A DNA stretch of 64,000 nucleotides from Octopus vulgaris (lineage: Eukaryota): assembly GCA_951406725.2 (NCBI GenBank), contig OX597817.1:81034001-81098000 (forward strand), read 5' to 3'. A program made the position numbers and the translations under genes. How positions within the stretch are numbered: position 1 is the stretch's first letter; each line of letters opens with the position of its first letter. Under the pieces are notes generated by a model. That model saw only the letters and a program-made list of their open reading frames with translations. It was not told the origin of the DNA and searched no databases. This document shows positions 1-14,759 of the stretch, piece after piece.

Positions 1-21
1 GAAAGAAAGATATTAAAGAAT

Positions 22-995
22 CTTTTCTACTCTAGGCACAAAGCCCGAAATTTTGGGGGAGGGGCCAGTCGATTGGATCGACCCCAATACGCAACTGGTA
101 CTTAGTTTATCGACCCCGAAGGGATGGAAAGCAAAATCGACCTCGGCGGAATTTGAACTGAGAACGTAAAGACAGACGAAGTACCTATTTCTTTACTACC
201 CAGAAGGGGCCAAACACAGAGGGGACAAACAAGTCAGACAAACGGATTAAGTCGATTACATCGACCCCAGTGCGTCACTGGTACTTAGTTTATCGACCCT
301 GAAAGGATGAAAGGTAAAGTCAACCTTGTCGGAATTCGAACTCAGAACGTAAAGACAGACGAAATACCGCTAAGCATTTCGCCCGGCGTGCTAACGTTTC
401 TTATTTCTTTATTGCCCACAAGGGGCTAAACATAGAGGGGACAAACAAGGACAAACAAAGAAATTAAGTCGATTACATCGACCCCAGTACATATTAATTT
501 ATCGACCACGAAAGGATAGAAAGCAAATCGACCTCGGCGGAATTTGAACACAGAACGTAAACATAAACGAAATACCTATTTCTTTAGTACCCAGAAGGGG
601 CTAAACACAGAGAGGACAAACAAGGACAGACAAACGGATTAAGTCGATTACATCGACCCCAGTGCGTAATTGGTACTTATTTAATCGACCCCGAAAGGAT
701 AGGCAAAGTGGACCTCGGTGGAATTTGAACTCAGAACGCAGCGGCAGACGAAATACCTATTTCTTTATTACCCACAAGGGGCTAAACATAGAGGGGACAA
801 ACAAGGACAGACAAAGGGATTAATCGATTACATCGACCCCAGTGCGTAACTGGTACTTAATTTATCGACCCCGAAAGGATGAAAGGTAAAGTCGACCTTG
901 GTGGAATTCGAACTCAGAACGTAAAGAGAGACGAAATACCGCTAAGCATTTCGCCCGGCGTGCTAACGTTTCTGCCAGCTCGCCGCCTTGAGAGC
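22..995 (-). mobile_element. tRNA-derived SINE family B, pentameric array of ~180-bp units
   Basis: Minus-strand head AAGGCGGCGAGCTGGCAGAAACGTTAGCACG, B-box-like GAGTTCRAATTCC, and five copies of the central motif GCCTTTCATCCTTTCGGGGTCGATAAATTAAGTACC; flanked by direct repeat TATTAAAGAAT (11-21, 996-1006). Confidence 0.85.
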
Positions 996-1069
996 TATTA
1001 AAGAATGGGTCTTTGGATAAACATGTTTAATATTTAGAATATAAGGAGAGACAGGGAGGAAGGAGTGAA

Positions 1070-2427
<1,358 letters not shown>

Positions 2428-2561
2428 ACAAAAGAAAGGCAACAAACCGATGTAATACAAATTCTAAAACCTTCACTCTCCTGCTCAAATAGTTTATTTT
2501 TTACGACACGGTACAGCTTCGCGTTTTCTACCGTTGTTTTTACTGTTGCTGGTATTGAGAA

Positions 2562-2575
2562 TATTATTATCATCA

Positions 2576-2609
<34 letters not shown>

Positions 2610-2629
2610 CATCATCATCATCATCATTA

Positions 2630-2696
<67 letters not shown>

Positions 2697-2760
2697 CATC
2701 ATCCTCATCATCATCATTGTTGCTGTTGCTGTTGTTGTTGCTATTATTATTGTTGTTTTT
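2562..2760. repeat. (ATT)n/(ATC)n/(GTT)n compound microsatellite
   Basis: Directly visible. Confidence 0.95.
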
Positions 2761-3490
2761 CTGTCTTCAACAAACTTATATCTGTTGTGTTTTTTTTCGC
2801 TCTTTTTATTTGTTTGCTTGTTTACGCCATTTTGTTTGTTTTTGTTTGTTTTGTTTTTTTTATTGTCTTTTATTTTAACTTCCTCATTAATGTAGAATCA
2901 GGCGTGTCGTTTCTGTTATTTGTTACTCGTAATTATTGTTGTTACAGTTGTTGTATGGCTTTGTTATTGCTGTTGTTGTTGTTTCCTAGATAATATTTAT
3001 TTCTTATATTTATTTTATTTCATTTTATTAATCATTTATTCATTTATTTATTCATCTATTCTTCATTTATTTATTTATTGCCATGCGTATGTATAAAGTG
3101 TGTTGTTACCATCGTCTTCTTCGTCATCATCTCCTTCGTCATCTTCATCCAATTGCTTCCAGCAAATGGAAAGAAAGTGAGGTAAACGAAAAAGAAAACA
3201 GAATATAATACGAAAACGAAACGGAAGGTTCTATTGATGAAAGTAAGTAGATCAGTCAGTGTATTTGTAAGTCATCGATAAAGAAGAAACAGCCATCACA
3301 ACAACAGCAACAACAAGCCTTTTTATTATTGAGTGTCTGAGTAAGTCAATCACCCGTCCACGTTCTAATTTGTCATTAAGTCACGAACCTTACCTATATA
3401 CATATATTAGTTTATATTTTAGACTACTGTGTTTTCATTTGCTTATTGTTGTCCTTTTTTTAAACCCCATGTATGTATATACATGTGTGT

Positions 3491-3527
<37 letters not shown>

Positions 3528-3747
3528 CACATATATATATATATATATATATATACGTATATATATATGTATATATACATATACATATATACATATATAT
3601 ATATGCATACATATATGTATGCATACACACACATACATGTATATATGCATATATATATATGTAAGGCATGTGTGTATGTCCATGCATCCATGGCTGCATA
3701 TGTGTATGTGTATAAATACATACATATATATGTATATATATGTGTGT

Positions 3748-3817
<70 letters not shown>

Positions 3818-3821
<4 letters not shown>

Positions 3822-4180
3822 CTGTGTGATAAGAAGTTTGCTTCCCAATCACATTCTTCCGATTTTAGTCCGACTGCGTGACATCTTAGGCAAGTGTCGT
3901 CTGTTTCAGCCTTGAACGGACCAAAGCCTTGTAAATGAATTTTCGAGATGGAAACTGAAAGAAGCCCGTTGTGTATGTGTGCGTGTGTGTTTGTCCCCTA
4001 CTACCATTTGACAACCAGTGTTGGTGTGTTTATGAACCGGTAACTTAGTAGTTCGGTAAAAAAAAGAACCTTATAATAAGTACCAGGTTTTAAGAAAATA
4101 AGTACAGGGTTCAATAGATTCGACTAAAAGTCCAGCATGGCTACAGTCAAATGAGTGAAACAAGCAAAAGATGAATAAAT
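3818..4180 (+). mobile_element. SINE family A, near full-length diverged copy
   Basis: GGCTGTGTGATAAGAAG head, GGAAACTGAAAGAAGCCCG middle, CAGCATGGCTACAGTCAAATGA tail; homologous to more than 15 other copies in the window. Confidence 0.8.
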
Positions 4181-4234
4181 AAATATATAAATAAATTATA
4201 TCTACGCACGCACACATGCACATATGTATATATA

Positions 4235-5510
4235 CAGGGGGTGATGGGTAAATTTTATATTTTTAATTTCGCGCATGCGCATTGTTTGTTTTTGATTTTG
4301 TTGGCTGAACAGTATAGTATCGTCAGTTAGGCACTGTCTGTGAGAAAAACAGCACCATGACGCAATTCACTCTGCCAGAAATTTGGAAACGACATGCTGT
4401 ACTGCTTGGCATTCGCGCCGGAAGATCCAATACGAACATAATCAGAGTGTTTGGGTGTCAATCTAAGGACAGTGCAGAGGATTCGGAAAGAGTCGGTTGA
4501 GTCTAATAGTGATTACGAAGGTACGGCAGCTCGGAAAACTCACTCTGGTCGTTCTGATGAGAAAATAACTCCTGAATTTGTTGGTGAGATCCAGGCCATG
4601 ATTGGCAACGATCCTTCCAAGTCAATCAGGTCCATCGCCAAGGACATGGAATGTCTGAACTTTTCGTAGACTTCAAGTAATGCCTGAAGGCATTTAGTAT
4701 TCTTTATACAAAATGAGAAAGGGCCAATTTTTATTCGAAGCCATCAAGGACAAGAGGTAAGACCGCACTACGAAGCTTTTGAACAAACTCAAGCATCCCT
4801 TCCAACAGAACATGCTTTGGTTTTTCTCAGACAAGAAAAATTTCTACCAAGATCAGATGGTGAACACTCAGAACAACTGTTGGCTTGCCGTGTACCGAGA
4901 GTGATAAAAATCAAACATCCAGTCAACATCAAGGTGTTTAGAGTGATCACTAGTGATGGCGACATTATGCCTCAATTCATCTTACCCTCACACTCAATAC
5001 AGAGGCCTACATCAAGTGACTGGAGGAGGTATTACTGACCTGGGTCAAGAGGGTGGCTGCTGGAAGACCCTGTGTCTGGCAACAGGACTCTGCACATGCC
5101 ACAAAAGCAGGAGAACCCAATCATAGCTGTCAGACAATTTCTGCGACCACATCACCCCCAACACCTAACCATTTAACTCCCCAGACTGCAGCCCCTTCGA
5201 TTATTATGTGTGGGGTGCAGTTTAGCGAGAGACCAACAACACTCCTAGTAACACCAAAGATGAACTGAAGGCAAAGACTATGGCAGCATTCAGCAACTTA
5301 AACAAGGAGACCGTCCAGAAGAGTTGCAAGAGATTCCGAAGTTGTTTGGAGACCGTAGTAGAAGCCCATAATGATTTTATTGAACAAATTTACTCTTTAG
5401 TATTTCAAGATATTTCCTTGTAATTTTGATAAATATATCTGTTAAAATAAGATGTCAGTGTTATTTTCATTTTTGCGTAATTTAGACGACAATTTATTCA
5501 CAGGACCCTG
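4235..5510 (+). mobile_element. Decayed Tc1/mariner-superfamily DNA transposon, DD37D (maT-like) transposase pseudogene
   Basis: TA-flanked imperfect TIRs (CAGGGGGTGATGGGTAAATT / AATTTATTCACAGGACCCTG); frameshifted motifs NLRTVQRIRK, SIRSIAKDM, WFFSD, VWQQDSA and NSPDCSPFDYYVWG; about 37 residues between the second and third Asp after frameshift repair. Confidence 0.88.
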
Positions 5511-5573
5511 TATATATTTTTTAGTTCTTTTATTCTTTTAGGTGTTTCAGCCTCAGGTGGCTGTGGTCATACT

Positions 5574-5644
<71 letters not shown>

Positions 5645-5887
5645 TGTGTATATACTTCTCCAACTGTGTATGCATGTCTGTGTTTGCACTGCTGAATGTA
5701 TATAGATATGTATGCGTATATATATGAGTATGCATACTTTATATATTCCACATATATATAATTATATATACGTGTGTGTATAAATATATATACATATGCA
5801 TATATATGTGTGTGTTTTTATGTGTATTTATGTGTGTGTGTTTGTGTGTGCGTGTGTGTGTGGCTGAGTGTTTATGAGTGAGTGACT

Positions 5888-5963
<76 letters not shown>

Positions 5964-6269
5964 GTGTTCAATTACACAAATGCATAAGTGTGTCATTTAG
6001 CCTCGCACTAAAATTTGCATTCTGATAGGTTTTTCTGTATAGTAGTTGTAGTAGTAACAACAGCAGCAGTAGTTGTAGTAGGGCGATGTAAGTAAAGTAG
6101 AAACCTGTGACTTATTGCTGGGTGAGCAAAATACAAAATCCTTTTTACGGTATTGGGAAGTGTTTAAAAACTGTACACACACACACACATACACACACAC
6201 ACAAACACACATATTCCTGCATACATACACAAGTATATATACATATATACACCCATTTCTTTTTTTTTT

Positions 6270-6422
6270 CTCTTTTTATTTGTTTCAGTCATTTGACTGC
6301 GGCCATGCAGGAGCACCGCCTTTAGTCGAGCAAATCGACCCCAGGACTTATTCTTTGTAAGCCTAGTACTTATTCTATCGGTCTCTCTTGCCGAACCGCT
6401 AAGTTACGGGGACGTAAACACT
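6270..6422 (-). mobile_element. SINE family A, 3' part
   Basis: Reverse complement of the family A tail (TTTCAGTCATTTGACTGCGGCCATGC...CCGAACCGCTAAGTTACGGGGACG). Confidence 0.85.
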
Positions 6423-6940
6423 GTTACGTTCTGAGTTCAAATTCCGCCGAGGTCCACTTTGCCTTTCATCCTTTCGGGGTCGATAAATTAAGTACCAGTT
6501 AATCTGTTTGTCTGTCCTTGTTTGTCCTGTCTGTGTTTAGCCCCTTATGGGTAGTAAAGAAATAGGTATTTCATCTGCCTAAACGTTCTGAGTTCAAATT
6601 CCGCCGAGGTCGACTTTGCCTTTTATTTTTTGGGGGTCGATAAATTAAGTACCAGTTACGCACTGGGGTCGATGTAATCGACTTAATCCCTTTGTCTGTC
6701 CTTGTTTGTCTCCTCTATGTTTAGTCTCATGTGAGCAATACAGACATAAGAAACGTTAGCACGCCGGGCGAAATTCTTAGTCGGTATTTCCTCTGTCTTT
6801 ACGTTCTGAGTTCAAATCCTGCCGAGGTCGACTTTGCCTTTCCTCTTTTCGTGGTCGATAAACTAAGTACCAGTCGCGTACTGGGGTCGATCTAATCGAC
6901 TGCCCCCCCCCCCACTCCCCAAAAATTTAGGATAGAAAAT
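6423..6940 (+). mobile_element. SINE family B, trimeric array
   Basis: Three TTCTGAGTTCAAAT...GTCGATAAA.TAAGTACCAG units with the same junction types as 22-995. Confidence 0.85.
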
Positions 6941-6949
6941 AATAATATA

Positions 6950-7182
6950 CACTTGTAGCCAAAAGTTTGGGACATTTTTTTTAATAAAAATTGCCATGCC
7001 CATGTACGATTCGATTCAAATATATACAACGTAATAACCGATTCAATAGTTCAATATCTAGAAGAAAAAATGTTCAGACCCATCTTCCAAACTTTTGGCC
7101 AAGTAATAACATATTCCAAATTAATTATGACTTTGGGCATTTAATATAAAAATTCTAATTTTCAGACTTTTGGCCACGACTG
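6950..7182. mobile_element. Tc1-type MITE (233 bp)
   Basis: TA|CACTTGTAGCCAAAAGT ... ACTTTTGGCCACGACTG|TA; TIR resembles the Tc1 terminus CAGTGCTGGCCAAAA. Confidence 0.7.
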
Positions 7183-7235
7183 TATGAGGTACTTACATTA
7201 TTTCAAACAGGATATCCAAATTATTCTGCACTATC

Positions 7236-7568
7236 TGTTGTTTGTTCCTTCTCAAGCCATGTCTGGCTCATAGGGCCAGTTTTCCAGTTTCCTTGGCGTA
7301 TAGGTTCCCCACCTGGACGGGACGCTGTCCGTTGCAGGTGAGCTGCAAGATGCAGGAGGAAAGAGTGAGAGAAAAGCGTGACGATAGAGTCGGCAGAAGT
7401 TCGCCATTACCTTCTGCCAGAGCCGCGTGGAGCTTAGGTGTTTTGCTCATAAGCACACCCATCGCCAAATCTGAGATTCGAGCCCGCGATCCCTCGACCG
7501 CGATCCCTCGACCGCGATCCCTCGACCGCGAGTCCACTGCTCTAACCACTAGGTCATGTGCCTTCCAG
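7236..7568 (-). mobile_element. SINE family C (tRNA head, V-domain-like body), full length
   Basis: Homologous to 24326-24625; 11-bp TSD TCTGCACTATC at 7225-7235 and 7569-7579. Confidence 0.9.
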
Positions 7569-7975
7569 TCTGCACTATCAAATGCTTACGAAATATCTTT
7601 TCTACTTTAATGTTGAAAACTATTGATATTGTAAATATGAACAGTCTTTCATTATGAATTATAGGGGCTTATTCATGAACTCTTCGTTCGGTGGCTGAAT
7701 CACATATCAATGACAACCAGTTCCAGAAATGTTAGCAACAGTGGTTCACTTTCAGATCCGGATGATCCTAGCCAGTGTTGTCGAAACGAGAGGGAAAAGA
7801 CAGACAGACAAAGATCGAGTCCACTGAGTAACACCTTACAGCTTCATCCAGATGAAGCTGTTAGATGTTACTCAGGCACTCAACTATGAGTTCACCACAT
7901 CTTATACACGCACATATATATATAGAGAGAGAGAGAGATAGATAGATATACACACACATACATATATAAATATAC

Positions 7976-8062
<87 letters not shown>

Positions 8063-9150
8063 TATACATTATATGTGTGTGTGCATATAATGAATATAGA
8101 TAGATAGATTTAGATATAGAAATAAATATACACACACTAACACACTTATACGTATTTATATGTGAGTGTGTGTGTACATACTATTGCCATACTAATAATA
8201 CTAATAGGCGTATATTTAAAAGAAAATCTAGTTAAACCATACAAAAATCTATTTTCAGATCATACTACGTTCATATACATAAGACTACTTCAAATAAATT
8301 GCCTCTTCTATTTCATTAGGAGGTGGCGGCGGTGGCGGTGATGGTGGCGGTGACCACACAGTCACTACGAAATACATAAGGTTTTGGATTCACTATATTA
8401 ATACAGTTCTTCGTATTAAGCATTGCACTGGCAATAAGCAGTATCAGATAATTTCATATCTTAACAAAAGTCTAATTTGCTTTACATTTCAATTGTCACA
8501 GTATGACATTTTTGTATATATAAATATATATGTGTGTGCGTGTGTATTCGTATATATATGTGAGTTCGTATAAGTATGTGTGCGTGTGTGTGTGATTGTA
8601 TATGTGTGTTCCAATGTGTTTGAGTGTGTTCCTATATGTGTTTGTGTGTATGTTATATTCATTCATTTTATTTTTGTTTGGAAATTGCAAAAGAACTTTA
8701 TAAGCAATATGCTAGGGTTGGCCAGTCAAAAAGGTCAGATTCGATATCTGGACCGAAGAATCTATCTATAAGACATCGAAATCTGACAATGAAATGTAAT
8801 TTAACTGGCTTTAAAATTCGTAAGAAGCTCCGACTCCCGAGAAACAGAAATAAATGTACATTATTCTGAAGAATGCTTTCCAAAACTGTATGAAGAAGAT
8901 TTTTCAAAAGAAACCTATACGGTTAACATTTTCAGCCGCATACCATCAGTTGCTGACGGAGAAGATACAATGTGCAGATTATTGCATACTTTCGTTGAGT
9001 GCACCTTGTGACAGAATCCAAAAGAAATTTTCCCCAACTAGATTATATAAAGTACGTTAAAGAAAGTTTCATTTCACCGAACAGAAACGATCAGGTTGAA
9101 AGTATATCAGGTAGAAAGTTGTAGTGATTGGCATATAAACAAAATCTTAA

Positions 9151-9212
<62 letters not shown>

Positions 9213-9215
<3 letters not shown>

Positions 9216-9360
9216 GTTCTGAGTTCAAATTCCGCCGAGGTCGACTTTGCCTTTCATCCTTTCGCGGTCGATAAATTAAGTACAAGTTGAGTACTGGGAT
9301 CAATATAATCGACTATCCCCCTCACCCAAATTTCAGGCTTTGTGCCTATAGTAGAAAGTA
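9213..9360 (+). mobile_element. SINE family B, 5'-truncated monomer
   Basis: ACGTTCTGAGTTCAAATTCCGCCGAGGTCGACTTTGCC...GTGCCTATAGTAGAAAG, between ATT repeats. Confidence 0.85.
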
Positions 9361-9374
9361 TTATGATGATGATG

Positions 9375-10046
<672 letters not shown>

Positions 10047-10056
10047 ATTATTATTA

Positions 10057-10545
<489 letters not shown>

Positions 10546-11398
10546 CTTACTACTAGTCATACGACGGAAACTTTGGAAGTAATACTTTTACCGCCACGAG
10601 CAATATCAAGAAATATTTTATATTAATACATGTAATAATTATAATTTAATTTTTATTAGTTTCTTGCTTTTCACAAAATGAAGAAATGAATTGTAATTTT
10701 CAAAAAATATATTCGCCTCCCATAACTACTTTGGCACTTAATACCTCCATTCACTCTCACATCAACAAGCCTTGCGCGTATACGAATCCTGCACATTCGA
10801 TGTTAATTTTTTCCGTATCTCGCTTTTACTCTTTCCCACCTCTCTCTGTATAATATAAAGCAAACAACCAACCAAAATTTATATCAGCCATCATTATTAT
10901 TATTTTTGTTCTTGTTGTTGTTATTATTTTGCTTGTTCGTCTATCGATGTATTATACATCGATCCCGTAAGTTTGTTATTTCTATTGTTACACAAAGTTA
11001 TATATTTATCATTTGTTATCGATTTATACATGAACTAACCAGGATTTTAGGGAGCAGGTGATTTTTCTCTGTCTATAGCCATTAGAGGTTAAGCTGGTGT
11101 TTGTTTAGCAAACATGCCTCTCAATATTTGGTTGAAAAGATTGCAGGGAGGATTTGTTCGTCCGGTAAGAAGCGGAACCAGTTGTCCGCAGAACAGAATA
11201 GCGATGCTGCAAAAATTAGTGTCAGCGGCGGCAGCAGTAACAACAACAACAACAACAGCAACAATAACAATAGCAACAGTAACAACAACACAAGGCGAGA
11301 AAAGTATGAAGTTAAATTTTCCGCTGCTAAAAATTTCAACACCGCCATCACCATTACAGGAAGAACAAAAGAGAACAATGACAACAAAAAGCAGAATA

Positions 11399-11663
11399 AA
11401 GAAGAAGAAGAAGAAGAAGAAGAAGAAGAAGAAGAAGAAGAAGAAGAAGAAGAAGAAGAAGAAGAAGAACAAGAAGAACAAGAAGAAGAAGAAGAAGAAG
11501 AAGAACAAGAACAAGAAGAAGAACAAGAAGAAGAACAAGAAGAACAAGAACAAGAAGAACAAGAAGAAGAACAAGAAGAAGAAGAAGAAGAAGAAGAAGA
11601 AGAAGAAGAAGAAGAAGAAGAAGAAGAAGAAGAAGAAGAAGAAGAAGAAGAAGAAGAAGAAGA
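11399..11663. repeat. (GAA)n with GAACAA interruptions
   Basis: Directly visible. Confidence 0.95.
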
Positions 11664-11699
11664 ATCTTCGGAATATCGAGGAATACCGAGAGAAATATA

Positions 11700-11900
11700 C
11701 CGAATGCACACGTTCTGCAGAGCTGGTCATGGAACAATACTCACAGACAACATCGATACCTGTGCACTTGTCGAGTGGAACCCAAAAGATCGGAAGAGAC
11801 TACTTGGAGAAAGATCTCCAAGATGATGGGAATATGACGTGGTCAAACAATTCGAGCATAAATTGTAAAGAAACTCACAATCAAAAGAATAATGGGAGCG
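11700..11900 (+). mobile_element. RTE-type LINE C-terminal remnant
   Basis: RAGHGTILTDNIDTCALVEWNPKDRKRLLGERSPR*WEYD resembles the RTE motif WAGH.R.TDNRW...EW.P...KR..GRP..RW.DD. Confidence 0.6.
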
Positions 11901-12004
11901 CGCCGCGAACATCAAATATGTAAGGACATCGGATAGTCTGGCCGTGAAAAGTAGTTGGAAAACAGATGTGTTTAAAATACTTAATAGCTTCTAAATATGT
12001 GTCT

Positions 12005-12324
12005 GGGGAGAGTCATTTTCTTTTTGTGCCTTATAATGTAACACACTCACCGGTAAAATTTCCACTTATTTCTTATTTTTATTTTCCTAAAATTTTCGTT
12101 GCGTCTTGAAACCTTTTCCAATAGTCTTGACTCTGTCCGTAAATAGTCTTGATTCTATCCGTAAATAATCTTGACTCTGTCCGTTATTTACGGACAGAGT
12201 CAAGACTATTGAAAAGGTTGCAAGACGCAACGAAAATTTTAGGAAAATAAAAATAAGAAATAAGTGGAAATTTTACTGGTGAGTGTGTTAAATTATAAGG
12301 CACAAAAAGAAAATGACTCTCCCC
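12005..12324. repeat. Long inverted repeat / foldback (~140-bp arms) with 22-bp tandem subrepeats at the centre
   Basis: 12005-12145 is the near-exact reverse complement of 12185-12324. Confidence 0.93.
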
Positions 12325-13403
12325 GTTAACAAGAGAATATGCTTCAACTCATATAAAAAATCTTGCAAACCAAATCCAAAAACGAGAGATAATTACTCCA
12401 TTTCATTAAAATTGTAACTATTACAACAACATTGTCGTAACAGTTTATGTCATCGTAAGTTAGGCTGTCGTACAGAAATGGCAAAGTGAATCCAAGCTTG
12501 AAGATGGAGACAGGAAAAACTTGAGCACATCATTGTAGTGATGACAGCAGTTAAAAGACATATAGTTGCGTAGTTTAGCAACTATTATATCAAACATGAA
12601 TGATAATAACTATATTCTTATTTAAACATATTAACCTTTTGTCTGTCCAAAGCATTTTCGTAAATCTGTTTTAAGCATTTCAAACTTTTGTTTCATAAGC
12701 TTTTAGTCATATCAAACTTTCTTTTCATCCGCCCCAATTAATCCATTGGTTGAACATAGAAATTGGGAAACTGTATCACATATGAGGCATGGACGACATG
12801 GAAATGTGTCTTGTGCATCACGTGTGATACACAGAACAGGCAAGGGGTTAAAATAGACATTTTCAAAATTTTCCAATCGTTTTAGATTGATCCAAAAGGT
12901 CCTTGAGAGTTATGGTTACATATATAGGTACACTTACTTTACAGCTATTATATGTATGAAATACGATATCACTAATAAAATGTAACTATTATGTCTTATA
13001 GCATTAATAATTGCAGACAAAATGGCCGAAAAGATCAGTTATTGGAGGACCAAGTTGAAATAAATCAAATTATAATCAGAGTTTATTGACTTTTGTAATC
13101 GATAAATGACTTAGATATGTATTATCAAACTAAATACATATATTGTATTTACAATCTCTGTGTCTGGGGGCGATAAAAACTGGATAATAAAAACGGCCAG
13201 CTTTATTTGTTCATTCTCAAACTATGTGTGTGTGTGTGTGTGTATGTATATAGATATGTGCGTGTGTGAGTGTGTATGTATCCGAATGTATGTATATGTG
13301 TGTGTGAGTGTATGTATTGTATGTGTACGTGTATGTTTGTGTAAAATAGATACACATGTACTTCACAGGACATATCTTAATTTGTCTAAACGAAGTCGTT
13401 TTT

Positions 13404-13442
<39 letters not shown>

Positions 13443-13601
13443 ATAGTTCTCTTTCTCATAGTTCTCTACGACTAATTAGAAATCAGAACTACGATTAAAG
13501 TCTGTGTGAAAGAAGTACGGCGAAAAGCGAGGTGGATGGATGGATGGATGGATGGATAGACAGATAGATGGCCGTCCGGACTGACTGACTGACTGACTGA
13601 C

Positions 13602-13701
<100 letters not shown>

Positions 13702-14466
13702 TATCCATATATGTGTGTGTATATCATTTTTGTCGGCAATCCCACGGAGTGAAGAACGATTCTCTACCGTAGTTAACTTTCAAGTACATACATGTAAGTA
13801 TGTAGGCCAATGCGTGATCCATAAGTCAAGTTGCAGATATTACATTTCTTGTCCTGCGTGAGAAGAGATGCTGTTGTTTCCGTCGAAGTGTTTGCTTCTC
13901 TGACATTTATGCATTAAATGTTTGCTTGAGGTTATGTTGAAGTATTGTGTTCTTTCATAGGCGATTCGTCCGTCTGAACTTGTATCGGCTATTCACCCAC
14001 AATTACTACTCACACACTGATGCCAGATTTTTCGTATTTCCTTTAAATACATCTTTGAATCATTTCATTCGTCTCTCTTATGTGTATTTTTCTTCACTTA
14101 TCCACGAGTAAAACATTTATTCATACAACCAATGGTCCACCATTTTCATTCGTGGTTTGCGCGACGAAGCTAATATCGCATAATTATGGTGGTTTCAACG
14201 CAGAAGATATTGACTTTCCCGAGCTCGCTGACATACTGCCGTTTGTTCAGCCACTGAATGGGCAAGCTCTTCTTCAGGCATCTCTAGTAGCATGAAACTC
14301 TAGATAAAGCTGAACAGTAGAAGATCTTCAGCCTAGAAGACCACCTCCCGCCCTCGTTCCTGTGTTTCAGCCCTTAACTCTTTATACTCTACGGGAGCCG
14401 GGTTGCATCCACTTCATAAATTCCTGGACACCTCTGCTGCCAAATTCAGTGCAATTGTCTGCATTA

Positions 14467-14602
14467 CGAGACGATGCTGAAAAGTTCTTGACTCTCAGTT
14501 AAAAGAAAATACAGAAGGATTAGTTAATCATGGTTTTATTCAACATATTCCCCTCTCAGATTCACACATTTATTGCAGCATTCTTTCAGTTTTCTAAGCC
14601 CT
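14467..14602. mobile_element. Mariner-type MITE family M, truncated copy
   Basis: Homologous to the left half of 17149-17354 and 61243-61438. Confidence 0.7.
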
Positions 14603-14759
14603 CCTGGATGGTTAAGGTGCCCCAAATCCAAGATTACTTGAGTATTGTAACCAGTCTAGTCGAAGACACTAATTCACTCGTTCCTGGATGGTTAAGGTGC
14701 CCCAGATCCAAATTAACTTGACTGCTGTAACCATTTCAGTCGAAGACATTAGTTCGCTG
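14603..14759. repeat. Tandem duplication of a ~79-bp unit
   Basis: CCTGGATGGTTAAGGTGCCCCA.ATCCAA...GTCGAAGACA occurs twice. Confidence 0.85.

Noticed and set aside
22-995. Regularly spaced repeats that superficially resemble a CRISPR array
   Set aside because: The inter-repeat segments are themselves homologous, units are ~180 bp, the context is eukaryotic and there are no cas genes.
3110-3155. Possible minus-strand acidic micro-exon (QLDEDDEGDDDEEDD) with AG/GT ends
   Set aside because: Sequence is GAT/GAC/GAA low-complexity and the splice signals are weak; no partner exons found.
7757-7790. CGGATGA...CGAAAC hammerhead-like spacing
   Set aside because: Stem II and the cleavage triplet cannot be formed convincingly.
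8690-9060. Possible decayed hAT transposase C-terminus
   Set aside because: Similarity too faint to support without a profile search.
11101-11923. 241-269 aa poly-E / poly-K ORFs
   Set aside because: Produced by (CAA)n and (GAA)n tracts joined to an RTE remnant; open on both strands and in several frames.
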